NCBI GenBank assembly: GCA_025603075.1 | Contig: MU626331.1 | Coordinates: forward strand, 1-64,000 | DNA length: 64,000 nt | DNA from: Neoconidiobolus thromboides FSU 785 | Taxonomy: Eukaryota; Fungi; Entomophthoromycota | Direction: 5' to 3' | Shown here: in pieces, positions 25,686 to 37,551 of the stretch | How positions within the stretch are numbered: position 1 is the stretch's first letter | Layout of the letters: the number at the start of each line of letters is the position of its first letter | Notes under the pieces: generated by a model | Told to the model about the DNA's origin: nothing | The model's input: the letters and a program-made list of their open reading frames with translations, nothing else | Databases searched by the model: none | Program-made: the position numbers and the translations under genes

Positions 25686-27096
25686 ATTTTTAATGCTTTG
25701 TTGAACAAGAGTCTATTTTTAAATTTAAATTCAAATTTTAAATTTTATAGTTTATAGTCTATATTTAGAATTTATAAATATATTCTATAGTTTTAAATAG
25801 CTATTTTTTTGAAATATTTAGAATATGTTTTAGTTGTATTTGACTTAGTATTGAATTGTTTTAATTTCAATATTTTAAAATAAATTCATGAACACCCTAT
25901 CAAAAAACTCAGCAATTGTTAAGCTAATTTCTTAAATGATCAACTTAATTTTGGGTTGCATAGAAATTTGCCAAAGTTGTTAATTATTGGTTAAAACTCT
26001 AAATTTACTCATAAAATACTAATTTTTATCTGAATTCTTCATCAAAAAATACTTCAGTTTTAACTATTTTTATCTAATCATAAAATCATCCTTACTATTT
26101 AATAAAAAATTCAAATTAATAGAACTAATGGAGCTAATAGACAAGTAAGCCATGTATTATTTTATTAAAAATAGAACTTGATTTATTTATAACCTATACC
26201 CCTCACTTAAAAACTAAGATCTCAGTCCCTTATACTAATCTTATTTTTAAATTATTTTATCTTTCCAGTTTTTTAATTAGTTTATTCATTGTAATCATTA
26301 AAAATATGATATCAAAACAAGTAGTCTACAAACTACGTCAATAGAAATATGGTAAAAAAAGTAAGTCATTTTTTATTACAAAAAATTATAAAAGTTAATG
26401 CTAGCTGATAAAGTGTATAATAAAAGTTAAGTCTATTCAGTTAAATTTGATATTCAATATTTTGAACTTAATATTAAATGCTCCCATATTGTTATCAATT
26501 CCTTTAATTTAACTTTATAGTACTGGATTTCTTATTAAACAATTTACTTATGCCCATATTTTAATTAACGATTCAATTTATCCCTTTAATTCAAAGTTGA
26601 GAACAAGGACCTGTCATACTTTCATGCTAGAATCTATCAGTGATGAATTGAAGTCTTATCAAATACAGTCATAGCTATTTTTTTAAATTGTGTTCTGGTT
26701 GGTCTAATTTTTAAGTGAAAGGATTCTGTTTTTAGAGTAGAGATAAAAAATTTACTAATGTTTGAATTTGGGGACATTTATCAACAAGTAAATAATTCAA
26801 GGCCTAAAAAAAGGATCAAAAATCGAACAAAAAAAATAAAAATCAATATTTTGAATCAAACTAAGTCTTCAGATAAGCTTAATTATAATATTTCGTTTAA
26901 AGTACCCTCTAATTAAAAATAGAATATGGATTTGAATTTCAATGACTGTTTCATTATAAAAATAGAATTTGTTAAAAATCCAAGCAAGTTCTGCTTAGTG
27001 AGATGGGTTGAAATAAACAAAAAATTAGCTTAAAATACGATATATAAAAAGGTAACTAGAATATTAAGAAAAAATAAACAATTAATAAATTGAATA

Positions 27097-28729
27097 ATGT
27101 ATTACTTCAATTCTATATTTCATTTAACTATCTTATTAAGTTACATAAGCTTGACATTTGCTCATAATCTAACATCAACTCAAGTAGATAAAGACAACTG
27201 TTTATGTTTACCAGTAGATAAGCAGAATTATCAATGGGTGGTCAAATTTTTACCTAAAGAAATACGTAATGATGTATTAAAAATCATTATTGGTTATCAA
27301 AATTCAAACACTTTATCAGCTACTTCTAATTACTATACTTCTTGTTCTATAGTTTGTGGAAATCAATCCACTTCTTCTGGAAATCATTGTTCATACACTA
27401 CTCCAACCTATACTACTGATACTACTTATACATATTCTACTCCAACTTATACTACTGATACTAGCTATACTTATTCTACTCCAACNNNNNNNNNNNNNNN
27501 NNNNNNNNNNNNNNNNNNNNNNNNNNNNNNNNNNNNNNNNNNNNNNNNNNNNNNNNNNNNNNNNNNNNNNNNNNNNNNNNNNNNNNNNNNNNNNNNNNNN
27601 NNNNNNNNNNNNNNNNNNNNNNNNNNNNNNNNNNNNNNNNNNNNNNNNNNNNNNNNNNNNNNNNNNNNNNNNNNNNNNNNNNNNNNNNNNNNNNNNNNNN
27701 NNNNNNNNNNNNNNNNNNNNNNNNNNNNNNNNNNNNNNNNNNNNNNNNNNNNNNNNNNNNNNNNNNNNNNNNNNNNNNNNNNNNNNNNNNNNNNNAACCT
27801 ATAGTACAAGTACCACAGATAGTTACTCTACTCCAACTTATACTACAAGTACTACAAATACTTATTCTACCCCAACTTATACTACAAGTAGTTCAACCGA
27901 TTGCACTACCGATTCTACAACTTACAATACAAGTACTTCTAATACTTACTCTACTCCAACTTATAGTACTAGTACCACTGATACTTACTCTACTCCAATT
28001 TATAGTACTAGTACCACTGATACCTACTCTACTCCAACCTATAGTACTAGTACCACCAATACTTATTCTACTCCCACTTATAGTACTAGTACCACCGATA
28101 CTTACTCTACTCCAACTTATACCACCGATACTACCGATACTTATTCAACTCCAACTTATAGCACTGGCACAACTGATACTTATTCTACTCCAACTTATAC
28201 TACAAGCACTTCTGATACTTATTCTACCCCAACTTATACTACAAGTAGCTCAACCGATTGCACTACCGATTCTACAACTTACAATACAAGTACTTCTGAT
28301 ACTTACTCTACTCCAACTTATACTACAAGTACCACTGATACCTACTCTACTCCAACTTATAGTACCAGTACCACTGATACCTATTCCACTCCAACCTATG
28401 ATACAAGTACCACAAATACTTATTCTACTCCAACTTATACTACAAGTACCACCGATACTTATTCTACTCCCACTTATAGTACTAGTACCACTGATACTTA
28501 CTCTACTCCAACTTATACCACAAGTACCACCAATACCTATACTACCCAAACTTATACTTATTCCACTCCAGAGTATAGTACAAGTACTACCAATGCCTAT
28601 TCTACTCCAAGTTATGGCACGGATAGCACCACCAGCTGCAGTACATCTATTCCAGTTTATACTAGTATCCAAGGGAGTTATAGTAGTTCAGTTGCTGAAA
28701 TCACCTATCCTGTTTCGCTTGTATATTAA
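27097..28729 (+). CDS. Secreted Thr/Ser/Tyr-rich tandem-repeat (mucin/adhesin-like) protein interrupted by an assembly gap
   Basis: Signal peptide, a Cys-containing N-domain, then the same TYSTPTY repeats on both sides of the gap, open to the stop at 28727-28729. Joining the two sides is inferred. Confidence 0.75.
27390..28620 (+). repeat. 39-bp coding tandem repeat, (TYSTPTYSTSTTD)n
   Basis: Units such as ACTTACTCTACTCCAACTTATAGTACTAGTACCACTGAT. About 20 units are visible after the gap. Confidence 0.9.
27486..27795. other. Assembly gap (N run) inside the tandem repeat
   Basis: Run of N. Confidence 1.
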
Positions 28730-29021
28730 GACAGGCAGTTGTAAAATTAGTTTATACTCAATAAAAAATATACATTGTAAATTAATATAGTGTTTTTGAT
28801 AGCTTAATGGAATCAATATAGCTCTAAAGCTTTATTTTTTTCAATATAATAGTGTTTTTAATCCTCTGTAAAGGGTTAACCTTGATGGTTATAATCGTAT
28901 TTAGAATATTCAATAAAGAATCTTTTATGTTTAATATCAACAATTCAAACTACTATCAAGAAAACAGCTTGAAAATTTTAATGTTTTATTGAAATTGTTA
29001 TTAACAGCTACATCTTTAATT

Positions 29022-29189
29022 TATAGTTATTGCAGCTGTATTACGATTTCATTTGCAATAGTTTTTAGAGCAGCTATTTGGTTATATAGTTTTCTCATGT
29101 ATAATTTTACGATTTTAGCATGATTCTGAAAAAAATTATTCTTAGATAAAAAGTTATTCAGGTCATAATAGAGTTGCAGCAATTCTGTA
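29022..29189 (+). mobile_element. MITE family B, degenerate copy
   Basis: Left TA|TAGTTATTGCAGCTGTATTACGA; right TTCTTAGATAAA...GGTCATAATAGAGTTGCAGCAATTCTG|TA. Confidence 0.55.
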
Positions 29190-29404
29190 AAAAATTTTAA
29201 AAAGCTAACGTTAAAGAAAAGAGCTAAAATTGAAATCTGCTGCTTAACTTAAAATGGTAACACAACAACATATCAACAAAAAAGAAAGGGAGTAATTTAT
29301 AAAAAAACAGATATATAAAGCTGAATTTGAAATAGAACAAAAATTACAATAACATTCCCAAAAATTAAATAATTCAAGTTTCATATAACATTACACTTTT
29401 TAGA

Positions 29405-29874
29405 ATGAAATTCCATACTATCGTTTTCTTCTTTTTTGGTATATTTTATTCTATTTTTATAACCTTCCAATTCTAATTATTTTGAAATTAGCTCTTCTCA
29501 GCTTAATCTATGCTCATGATGGAGCCCATGATGACGATATGGATATGGAATCCAACAACAGTAGTGGTACTTCAAGTAAACCAACTAAAATGAATAAAGA
29601 TAGTAGTCCTACTCCTACGGATTCTAATAGTAGTAGTACCACTACTGAAGAACCATGGACACCTATTGATCCAGCTTTACAAGCCTCAATTAATAAGCCA
29701 AAATCTATATCAGCGGCTGCTTACACACCATCGAAAATTAATTTTAGTTCGAGTTCAGAAGCGGTTAAAGCATCATCCAAAGTTAGTGGTAACGCTAAAT
29801 CGGATAGTACTAATCTAAAGATTCAATATGTAGCTATGGTAGTACCAGCTATGTTTGTAATGAGCATGAATTAA
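29405..29874 (+). CDS. Small secreted Ser/Thr-rich, probably GPI-anchored protein with a His/Asp/Met-rich mature N-terminus (2 exons)
   Basis: ATG at 29405 and GT-AG intron 29439-29491 give the signal peptide MKFHTIVFFFFALLSLIYA followed by HDGAHDDDMDME. Hydrophobic C-terminus IQYVAMVVPAMFVMSMN after small residues (AKSDST). Confidence 0.75.
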
Positions 29875-30974
29875 ATTTTAAGTTAAAAATAAATAGTATT
29901 TATATATAAATTACTGAATAATAGTTGATATTAAAAAAATTAAAAACTTTATTAATAATATTATTAAGTAGTATTAAGTAGGAAGATAGAAAGCATTCGA
30001 TCGGTTTCGAAACAAATTATGTTTGATAATATGATGAATTAAAATAAGAACTAGTCATTAATCTTTTTGAAAATATCGATTCAATAATTAACATAGAAGG
30101 GGTATCGATCACTTTCGAGTTATTATTAAATTTTAAATTTAAACCTCCATCTACTTTTTCATCCTTTTCTATAGGGGTATTAAGCTGCTTGGCTAATAAA
30201 ATACTACCTAAAAAACTACTCGACATTATTTAACTATCAAAGCTATTATTTGTATAAAATTTCAAGTAAGAGTCCAAATGCTCAACTAAATTGGTTTTTT
30301 GTTTATAGTTTGGATTGTCTTTGGAGCCCTTTTATACCTCCTATATTGCTTTGATAAGCGTTTTTTATCACTTTATTTTATGAGGCTATTTTCTTGATTA
30401 CAATTTGTATTCACTTTTATTAAATCTAAATAAACCGCTCATTTAGTTACCATACCAATGTTTTAAAGATAAAATTAATTCTAATTAATTAAAATGGATA
30501 ACTATTATTAATGTGGCCTTTGAATTTTATAAAAAAATACTATTATTAATTAGTCAATACAAATACAAATTTAAAATACCTCTAATTTTTTATTAATAAT
30601 ATTGTTAATAAATTACCTAACTGGTAATATTTAGATTATTATATTAATCAATGGTTTTCAAATTTATAAATAGATGGTAGTAATCCTATTAATAGTTTTT
30701 ACTAAAACAAAAGATAACTTAGTTTTTTAGATTACAGTTAAAAATCTAATCAAATGGGTATATTTATTACTGAAGATTAAAAAAGTAAAAGCTCATTACA
30801 TTAATCTGCTAGAAATAACAAATAGTTATATTTTATTAGTATTTTTGAGGTTAGCATTTGATGGACATTTCTCTAAAATATCCCACTCAAAAAATATAAT
30901 ACTAAAATTTTGAAAAAATGTAATTTATCTAGAACAGAAATAGTTAAATATTATTTAATACAGGGAAGAATATA

Positions 30975-31046
30975 TCTCGGGTAGTATAGTGGTGAGTATC
31001 CCCGCCTGTCACGCGGGAGACCGGGGTTCAATTCCCCGCTCGAGAG
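30975..31046 (+). tRNA. tRNA-Asp(GTC) copy 1
   Basis: TCTCGGG...CCCGC CTGTCAC GCGGG AGAC CGGGG TTCAATT CCCCG CTCGAGA G; T-run terminator follows. Confidence 0.95.
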
Positions 31047-31213
31047 TATTTTTGATAAATACTACCAGTTGAGCTTTCATTTGAATATTTCAGTTTTTTA
31101 TTATTTATAATAACTTAGGTAACATTATAAACTTTTATAGCATTAAACTAAAATTTATATTTTTGAAAAAATAGTTACAATGTTTTAACTTTAAAGGTTA
31201 TTAACATGATTAA

Positions 31214-31318
31214 ATATTTGGGAGTATTTTTTATGGTTTCATCACTTTTTCCATCTTTTGAGTGCTGTCTGAGTGGAAAGGCTATCAGTAAAATTCTTAA
31301 ACAAATATATCCACATAT
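31214..31318 (-). mobile_element. MITE family A copy (1 of 3 between the inverted tRNA-Asp genes)
   Basis: ATATTTGGGAGTATTTTTT...GAGTGGAAAGG...ATATCCACATAT. Confidence 0.8.
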
Positions 31319-31348
31319 GTTTTTTACTATTTTTGAATTTATGTTAAT

Positions 31349-31454
31349 ATATGGGAATATGTTTTTGTATTTGAGAATTTCACTAACAATCTTTCTACGC
31401 AAATAGCACTTAAAAGATGGAAAAAGTAATGAAGCCAAAAAAACATCACCATAT
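31349..31454 (+). mobile_element. MITE family A copy (2 of 3)
   Basis: ATATGGGAATATG...CAAATAGCACTTAAAAGATGGAAAAAGTAATGAAGCC...CATCACCATAT. Confidence 0.8.
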
Positions 31455-31466
31455 TTAAAAAATAAA

Positions 31467-31567
31467 ATATGGAAGTGTTTCTGGGTTTCTGTTTTTTCCA
31501 TTTTTAAACATTGTTTGAGCAGAAAGATTGATAATGAAACTCTTAGATAAAAAACACATTTCCATAT
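31467..31567 (-). mobile_element. MITE family A degenerate copy (3 of 3)
   Basis: ATATGGAAGTGTTT...TTTTCCATTTTTAAACATTGTTTGAGCAGAAAG...CACATTTCCATAT. Confidence 0.7.
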
Positions 31568-31687
31568 GTTTAGTATACAACCTTAAAGTAAGTTTATACA
31601 CTAATAGATCCTACACCTACATAAGTGATCAAAGAAATAAAGCAATTGAATGAATGTATAAAATTTCTAGCGATGATAAAAAACTCA

Positions 31688-31759
31688 CTCTCGAGCGGGG
31701 AATTGAACCCCGGTCTCCCGCGTGACAGGCGGGGATACTCACCACTATACTACCCGAGA
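31688..31759 (-). tRNA. tRNA-Asp(GTC) copy 2
   Basis: Exact reverse complement of copy 1. Confidence 0.95.
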
Positions 31760-32235
31760 TATATTCTTCCCTGTATTAAATAATATTTAAATATTTCTAT
31801 AAATTTGCTCAAATAATGTCAAATTGATAATGCAGTAAGTTTTCATACTAGTTAAATTCTTGAATGTAATTTTTTATTTATCTAAGTATCAATAAAAAAA
31901 CCAATAATATAAATTTTATTTTTCATGTGTTATCTTTTATTGTAAAAATACGTATTTAGTATTGAAAAAATTCCACATTTATTGTATCTATATGTGTATC
32001 ATTACAATTGTAAGGTTGCTTAGTAAAATCAGCTATTTTTACTACTACACTTAATTGCTTTATAAGCAATCAAAAGTTTAAACTATTTTTTTAATTATAG
32101 TTATAAACTCGATTAGATTTATTTTCTAATTTCTCTTAGTATAAGCCAATTCCATGAACCATAATACTATAGGACTAACTTGAGTCCTTAGCTAAAGCCC
32201 AATAAAAATAGATGATCTGATCCAAATGAAAATAA

Positions 32236-32571
32236 CTAACGGGACCATCTATTACGTATTCCAAACAAGTCAAGTATATCCCTAACTACTGGAAGTGAGG
32301 AGACGAGTCCTCCACTGCCACTTTTTTTGGCATACACTACTGGACCCCTCTCTTGCTCTTGGGCAAAATTGGGGTTTGGGAAGTTGCTATCAGAATCAGA
32401 CCCAGAACCAGAACCAGAGCCTTGGAAATCTCCTTGTTGGCTTCCGCTGTACTCTGCTTGTAAAAAATCTGGTAACCAACTAAGTTGAAAGACAGGAGTT
32501 GGGCTATCTGGATATCGACGAAATATACAGTGACAGAAGGCTATTAAATATATTAAAATTATTAGCTTCAT
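32236..32571 (-). CDS. Small secreted protein (111 aa), unknown function
   Basis: Signal peptide MKLIILIYLIAFCHC, a Gly/Ser/Gln/Asp-rich middle, and C-terminal LPVVRDILDLFG. TATATA lies upstream. Confidence 0.7.
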   Translation of the reverse strand: MKLIILIYLIAFCHCIFRRYPDSPTPVFQLSWLPDFLQAEYSGSQQGDFQGSGSGSGSDSDSNFPNPNFAQEQERGPVVYAKKSGSGGLVSSLPVVRDILDLFGIRNRWSR

Positions 32572-34063
32572 TGGTATTTAAATTATTTAAATTATTTAAT
32601 AAATAATCTTAGAATGTGTATTGAAGCTTTGTATATATATTCACTTTGAGATATTCTCGAACTATATTAGTGGATCTTAATAAATCTTAAGTATAGTTTA
32701 AACTTTTATTTATTTATTTGGCTAGTTTGTCATTTGTCATTTTGGATCACTTTAAGATAGTATAGATTGTTTGACAAACAAACTATATATCAAAGTCCAA
32801 AGATCTTTATATTATTATTGTTTTTCCTATGATTAAAAGTAAATATAGCATTTTTTAATATTCAATTTAGGAGAAAATGTATACTTTGGATTTAGGTTTC
32901 ATGCTTACCTTATTTGGTATTGAAGATAAAACCTCTGTAATTTTACCAAACATTTACCTATTAGTAATATTTATTTATAAATATCAATGGTTCAATATTG
33001 CTGATTACACAATTCACTAAGTTTTAAATATAATAAATGAAGCATTTAATCTAAATGTGAGTATATGTTGGCTTAGTTATTGAGCTTTTTAGTGTTTTAA
33101 GTTAATAAGATATTGTTAAAAAAATTTATTCTGAAGATTTAATGATTGCCTATTAAAATTCAAATATAAATTACAAGGATCTAAAATGGCAAACTCATTT
33201 TTATATTAATAGATAGTAGATGCTATTTTAAGTACATGTGGGGGAATATCAATTAGTTGGATACTACTTTCAAACACTAAATTTTTAGTTCGTATCTCAA
33301 GTATTCAAAATAACATAAACAACCACGATATCTAACTAAATGATATTTATTATTTCAAGGAGCTTAATTATCATTACAAAGTAATCTATTGATTTTTATT
33401 TAACTTTCAATTACATTTGCTAAAGTTCAATTGAGAAGCAATAAGCGACAATTTTTACAACAATCAATTTATATCATTATCATGATTTGTAGTTTAGTTA
33501 TTAAAGTTTCGCTTTAAAATAAGCAGTTAGCTACTTCATAACTGATCTTTAACAGTCGTAAAGACAATTTTTTTGTTAGAGTAGCTCTAACAACTCGGAT
33601 TGCTATAAAATTAATTCTTAAAAATACCAAAAGCAAATAACTTATATCAAAAAAGAGTCGTAATTACCAAATGCTTTTATTGATATTCTCACCATAAATC
33701 ACCTATCCCGAAGTCATTTTAACAAGACTTTAAAACCCACCTTGATTACATTTCCTTCCACTCCAAGTCATTAATTTGATTTAAGAATTGCCCTTTAAAA
33801 ATTAAAAGTTATGATTAATAATAATTAAATGGGGTATAAAAAAGTAGACATTAAAAAGCGTAGTATGTTAGATATAGAAATAATATAGAATATGAAAAGT
33901 ATCTAAAAGATTTTGGTTATAAACAATAAAAAGCTACTTACAGTTGAAATAGAGGATTAAAAAGAGAATTAAAGATATTTTAATTAAGATATATTAATCT
34001 AGAAAAAAAAATTAAGTATGATTAAAGAACGAACAACATCCTTAATCCTCTAAATAGAGTAAA

Positions 34064-34877
<814 letters not shown>

Positions 34878-36394
34878 GACTTAATAATAATACAAATAGA
34901 ATGGATAATTAAAGTAAGGAGGATTAGGGAATTTAATTAATAGAAACTAGGGAAAAAGGAATTGGTAGATTAAAAAATGGAATTTTAAGCAAATAAAAAA
35001 TAGCAAATTTGGAATTTTATGCAGAGTTATTATAAAGTGATTGGAATAATAATGAATTTCGAACACTTTTTTGGCGACTTATTCTTAGTTTTTAATACAA
35101 AAGTTAGATATTAAAAATTTAAAACTTTGAAAATGTTACCACTTTAAAGACAAAATTTATTTTTATTTCTCTTATTATTTAAAACTTCAATGCTTCTTCA
35201 CCCTTTTACATTTAAAATAAAACAATATAAATTAGCTATTACAACTATGTAGAACAAAACAAAAATAAAAGTTAACCAGATCAAACTTAACAAACGTCCA
35301 CTAATTGGTTAAAAATTAAGGTCCAAAATCAGGTGGAGACCCTATCATTAAGTTAGAAATTCCTTGATTTGGAAATTGTCCCCTTCTTTAAGTTCTTGGT
35401 GCATCACCTTGCCTTTGATTGGTAACTCATTTTTCAAACCCTCCACTAAATTTTTACTATTTTGTTTTAGTAGCTATTGGGGATGATTTAATGCCTAACA
35501 TTAATTTTTATTTAAAAAATTAAGCTATTTGAATTTTAGTTCATACTTTTAAGTACAATTTGTTTAAATTACCTCTTGTATAACTATTGATTTATGGATT
35601 TATGAAACTCATCATAAATAATATACTCGGTTATCAATTTATTCTATCTTATTTGAACCAAACTCTTAGTCATAAAATTATTACTTCATTTTCTTAAAAG
35701 TGTTAATCCAACTACAAAACCGTTATTTTTGTATAAGATTAAAATTTTAAAGATTTTAATAGAATGTACTCTTTTTTTATAATTTTTTACATTTATGTAT
35801 AATCATCACCCATCAAGTCGTTGAGGTTGTTTAATATGCTGTTAAATTTAAACTTTGACATTTTTTAAAACGTAAGGTTTTTAAGATTTATTTCTCAACA
35901 ATAATTAAGGTTTTATAGCCAATCTAAAGTAATATTTGTATTTTATAATACTAACTTAAGAAGGGGAGACAATAGATGAAGCATTTCAGTAGTACCCTTT
36001 TTATACTATGTTGCAATACCATAATGTTAAGTTGTCTTTTTTCAATAGTCAATGTGGCTTGATAAAAGTGAACTAGCTTTTTGGAAATCTCGCTTATAAT
36101 TTCTGGGTATAGATGGAGTATTTAAAAAGTAGCAATATTAATAAAAAACATAGCTCATTTATGATGCTGCTATTAAATGCCAAAAACTTGAATATCCACA
36201 TAACGGTCAATTAGAATCTTGCTTATTTACAAAAATAGCCTTATGGTAATAATAGAAATTTTATAAAGTAGATTCATGTGTTAAAATAGCAATCTTATAA
36301 ATAACAGGAGTTGGAGATTAAAACGCTCAGCTTTATTTTTCAACGAAGTTACTTGGCTAGACGAATTTGATTTTTAATATCTAAAACACCAAAT

Positions 36395-36614
36395 TGAGCT
36401 ACATTTAGCTGGTATCTTCATAGTTGTTTAAAAGTCATAAAATCACAATCAATTTTTAAAGTCTGATCCTTATTTTTAGGAGAATTTTAACACAAATTAT
36501 TTCTTAAATGAGCATTTAGATTACAAAAGAGTTCTAATAATTGTAATTGTGTAAATAAAGTGCTTATAAAAATACCACTTAGGTAGCTTGCCCTTATAGA
36601 GTTGCAACAGTCGT
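36395..36614 (+). mobile_element. MITE family B relics (one partial copy plus an isolated right TIR)
   Basis: GATCC...GAATTTT...ATTTCTTAAATGA...CAAAAGAGTT...TTGTA, followed by TATAGAGTTGCAACAGTCGTA. Confidence 0.45.
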
Positions 36615-36682
36615 AAATGCATTCATTTTGATTCGCAAATTAAAATTGTAATTTATATATTATTTTAATAATAACATGTATA

Positions 36683-36754
36683 TCTCGGGTAGTATAGTGG
36701 TGAGTATCCCCGCCTGTCACGCGGGAGACCGGGGTTCAATTCCCCGCTCGAGAG
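36683..36754 (+). tRNA. tRNA-Asp(GTC) copy 3
   Basis: Identical 72-nt sequence to copy 1. Confidence 0.95.
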
Positions 36755-37551
36755 TGATTATATCTTTTACTTGAGAAGTATAACTTTTAATGTAAGAACC
36801 AAACAGAAAACAGCTATTTTTACAATCATTAATTATAACTTAAGTGATGTTTTATTATAGATCAATAAACATTAGTTTTTTTTACAAATAACTTTGGCTT
36901 TTTGATAAGCATTTAAAGATAGAAATGTAACAGCAAGGCGTTTTTACTTTAGAGTGAATTGTTAATAGAACAAATTGAAATACGCTATTAAAACTAATGA
37001 CTATTGCTTAATAAAGTCGAAATTACCTAGAAAACCCTAATACTAATTTTATTTTCCTTAATGTTTTTTGTTCCCCTTTTTGCAATTTTTATAATATAAA
37101 ACAATTTGGAATAATTTGTCTTCCTTAAAATTTAGCTTTGCATGTTTAAGCCAAAGTGCTTAAGCCTATACATTGTTTAAATGTGTTAAAATATGTACAA
37201 AAGATATACAGGATTATTATGATTAAATGAAAATAATCATAGTTAAAAACTGAATTTATTTTATTTTTATTTCAAATGCTAAAAAATAACCTTTTTAAAA
37301 AAGCATTAATTTTTTTTAGCAAAGCCCTGCTGAATCTTATTGGGCTAAAACTAAGTGTACAGTAGTGTATGATTGGTAGACAATAAAATAAAGCGTACTA
37401 TTGGATAATGTAGTATGTTACGTTTTAATTTGTTGACTATTACGAATACATTAGTGGGATGAATTGTTGTAGCAATTTGAATTGTTTAGATAGATTTTAA
37501 TATTCAGTATCCCTCTTTCCAATTTTATAAGTTTGAAATCAACAATAAAAA

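Noticed and set aside
25354-28790. Alternative-frame and antisense ORFs over the Ser- and Thr-rich genes (25354, 25424, 27356 N-terminal part, 28250, 28398)
   Set aside because: Shadow frames of low-complexity coding repeats.
30017-30226. 69-aa minus-strand ORF
   Set aside because: Non-ATG start, no recognisable motif, and a length expected by chance.
35290-35980. Gag-like EGLKNEL fragment and a purine tract (AAGAAGGGGAG) resembling a PPT
   Set aside because: Too short and not followed by a TG-starting LTR. It may be an old retroelement relic but is unsupported.
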